In this document: piece after piece, positions 63,100 to 64,000 of the stretch | Layout of the letters: each line of letters starts with the position of its first letter | Position numbering within the stretch: the stretch's first letter is position 1 | Source: Vicugna vicugna | Lineage: Eukaryota | Direction: 5' to 3' | NCBI GenBank assembly: GCA_013265495.1 | Contig: MU058423.1 | Location: forward strand, 2,867,061-2,931,060 | Length of the DNA stretch: 64,000 bases | Translations under genes and position numbers: made by a program | The notes under the pieces: generated by a model | Seen by the model: the letters and a program-made list of their open reading frames with translations, nothing else | What the model was told of the DNA's origin: nothing | The model's database searches: none

Positions 63100-63383
63100 C
63101 TATGAAACAAGGAGGAAGGGAAAGACAAGACACCAAAATGTGAACTAAAGGGGAAAGAAGGAGAAAAGCTGAATGATAAATAGGTATTCCCATATCATGG
63201 GTAATGGAAGTGAAGCATGGCAAAATGGCGTTAGGTCCAGGCATATAGCTAAGACTCTTGGCTCCCAGGTCAGTGATCTTTTTCCTTAAGGCTGGCTGTT
63301 TCTGTGATCTCAAGGCTTAATAGAAATATTGGAATTATAAAGTCATTATTTTTGTTAATAACAACAAATTAAGAATTCTCTGC

Positions 63384-63500
63384 TTTTTTTTTTTTTTTTT
63401 TGGTGGGGTTAGGTTTATTTATTTTAATGAAGGTACTGGGGATTGAACCCAGGATCTCATGTATGGTAAGCATGCACTCTACCACTGAGCTATACCCTTC
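63384..63500 (-). mobile_element. tRNA-derived camelid-type SINE in an ELAPOR1 intron
   Basis: polyT tail plus aggtactggggattgaacccagg...ctctaccactgagctataccc. Confidence 0.85.
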
Positions 63501-63749
63501 CTTCATCGTTGTTTTTCTTTTGATGATCTAACAGCCATTCATAGATTGCCATGTGGTACCATCCCTGTTTAGGAGTCAGAATAACCAAGGCATATACCAA
63601 ATAAGTGGCTCAGCAAGTCTCTGGCCAGAGTCACAGGGACTATGTCCAACTCCAGAGAAAAGCTCCATGAATTTGTACTCTCAGATATTCCCCTCCTCGC
63701 TCAAAGATCCCACCCTGGCTACCCCCAAACTCCAATACCCCATATGTAC

Positions 63750-63928
63750 TTTTGATTCTTTTTCCAAAAGTAGCAGGTCAAGACGGTGAGCAGGATGGCA
63801 GTGCAGGTGCCTCCAGAGATGCCCACTTTCAGCCAGAAATCTAACGTTTTGCAGATGGTGACTCTCTGCTCAGGCAGGGAGATGCCACCAGAGCATAGCT
63901 TTGGTTCTCGCCACACGTAGGTCGTTTT
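63750..63928 (-). CDS. ELAPOR1: ELAPOR1 (KIAA1324/EIG121/inceptor) third-last coding exon, contains the transmembrane helix; gene continues beyond the window
   Basis: [64 protein letters not shown]. Confidence 0.95.
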
Positions 63929-64000
63929 CTGTTGGGGAGAAAAACAAGGAACTCAGATATCACATTCTGTTCTCCCCTGGGAAGTCCCCAAACAGAGAAA

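Overview
Mammalian genomic DNA, probably from a camelid (alpaca/llama/camel), inferred from the tRNA-derived SINEs. It is orthologous to human 1p13.3 and shown in reverse orientation. Three protein-coding genes lie head-to-tail on the minus strand. ELAPOR1/KIAA1324 contributes its last three coding exons and 3'UTR (about 58.9-64 kb). SARS1, cytoplasmic seryl-tRNA synthetase, is complete (11 exons, 36430-53903, 514 aa). CELSR2, an adhesion GPCR/flamingo cadherin, is complete (34 exons, 2948-25829, 2921 aa). All exons were hand-mapped to GT-AG boundaries and sum to intact reading frames. The remainder is introns and intergenic DNA with L1, L2, MIR, MLT1, MER3 and tRNA-SINE repeats. No wholly new biological system is evident. 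The best leads are: a hidden alternative CELSR2 3' acceptor encoding a class I PDZ-binding C-terminus (-SDETSI*); a frame-switching alternative last acceptor in ELAPOR1; a CELSR2 exon 2/3 junction that regenerates its own 5' splice site; an Arg-rich uORF before the CELSR2 start; an ATF4 CARE in SARS1 intron 1; and an approximately 85 bp intronic duplication. Most ORFs in the supplied track are antisense shadows or noise.
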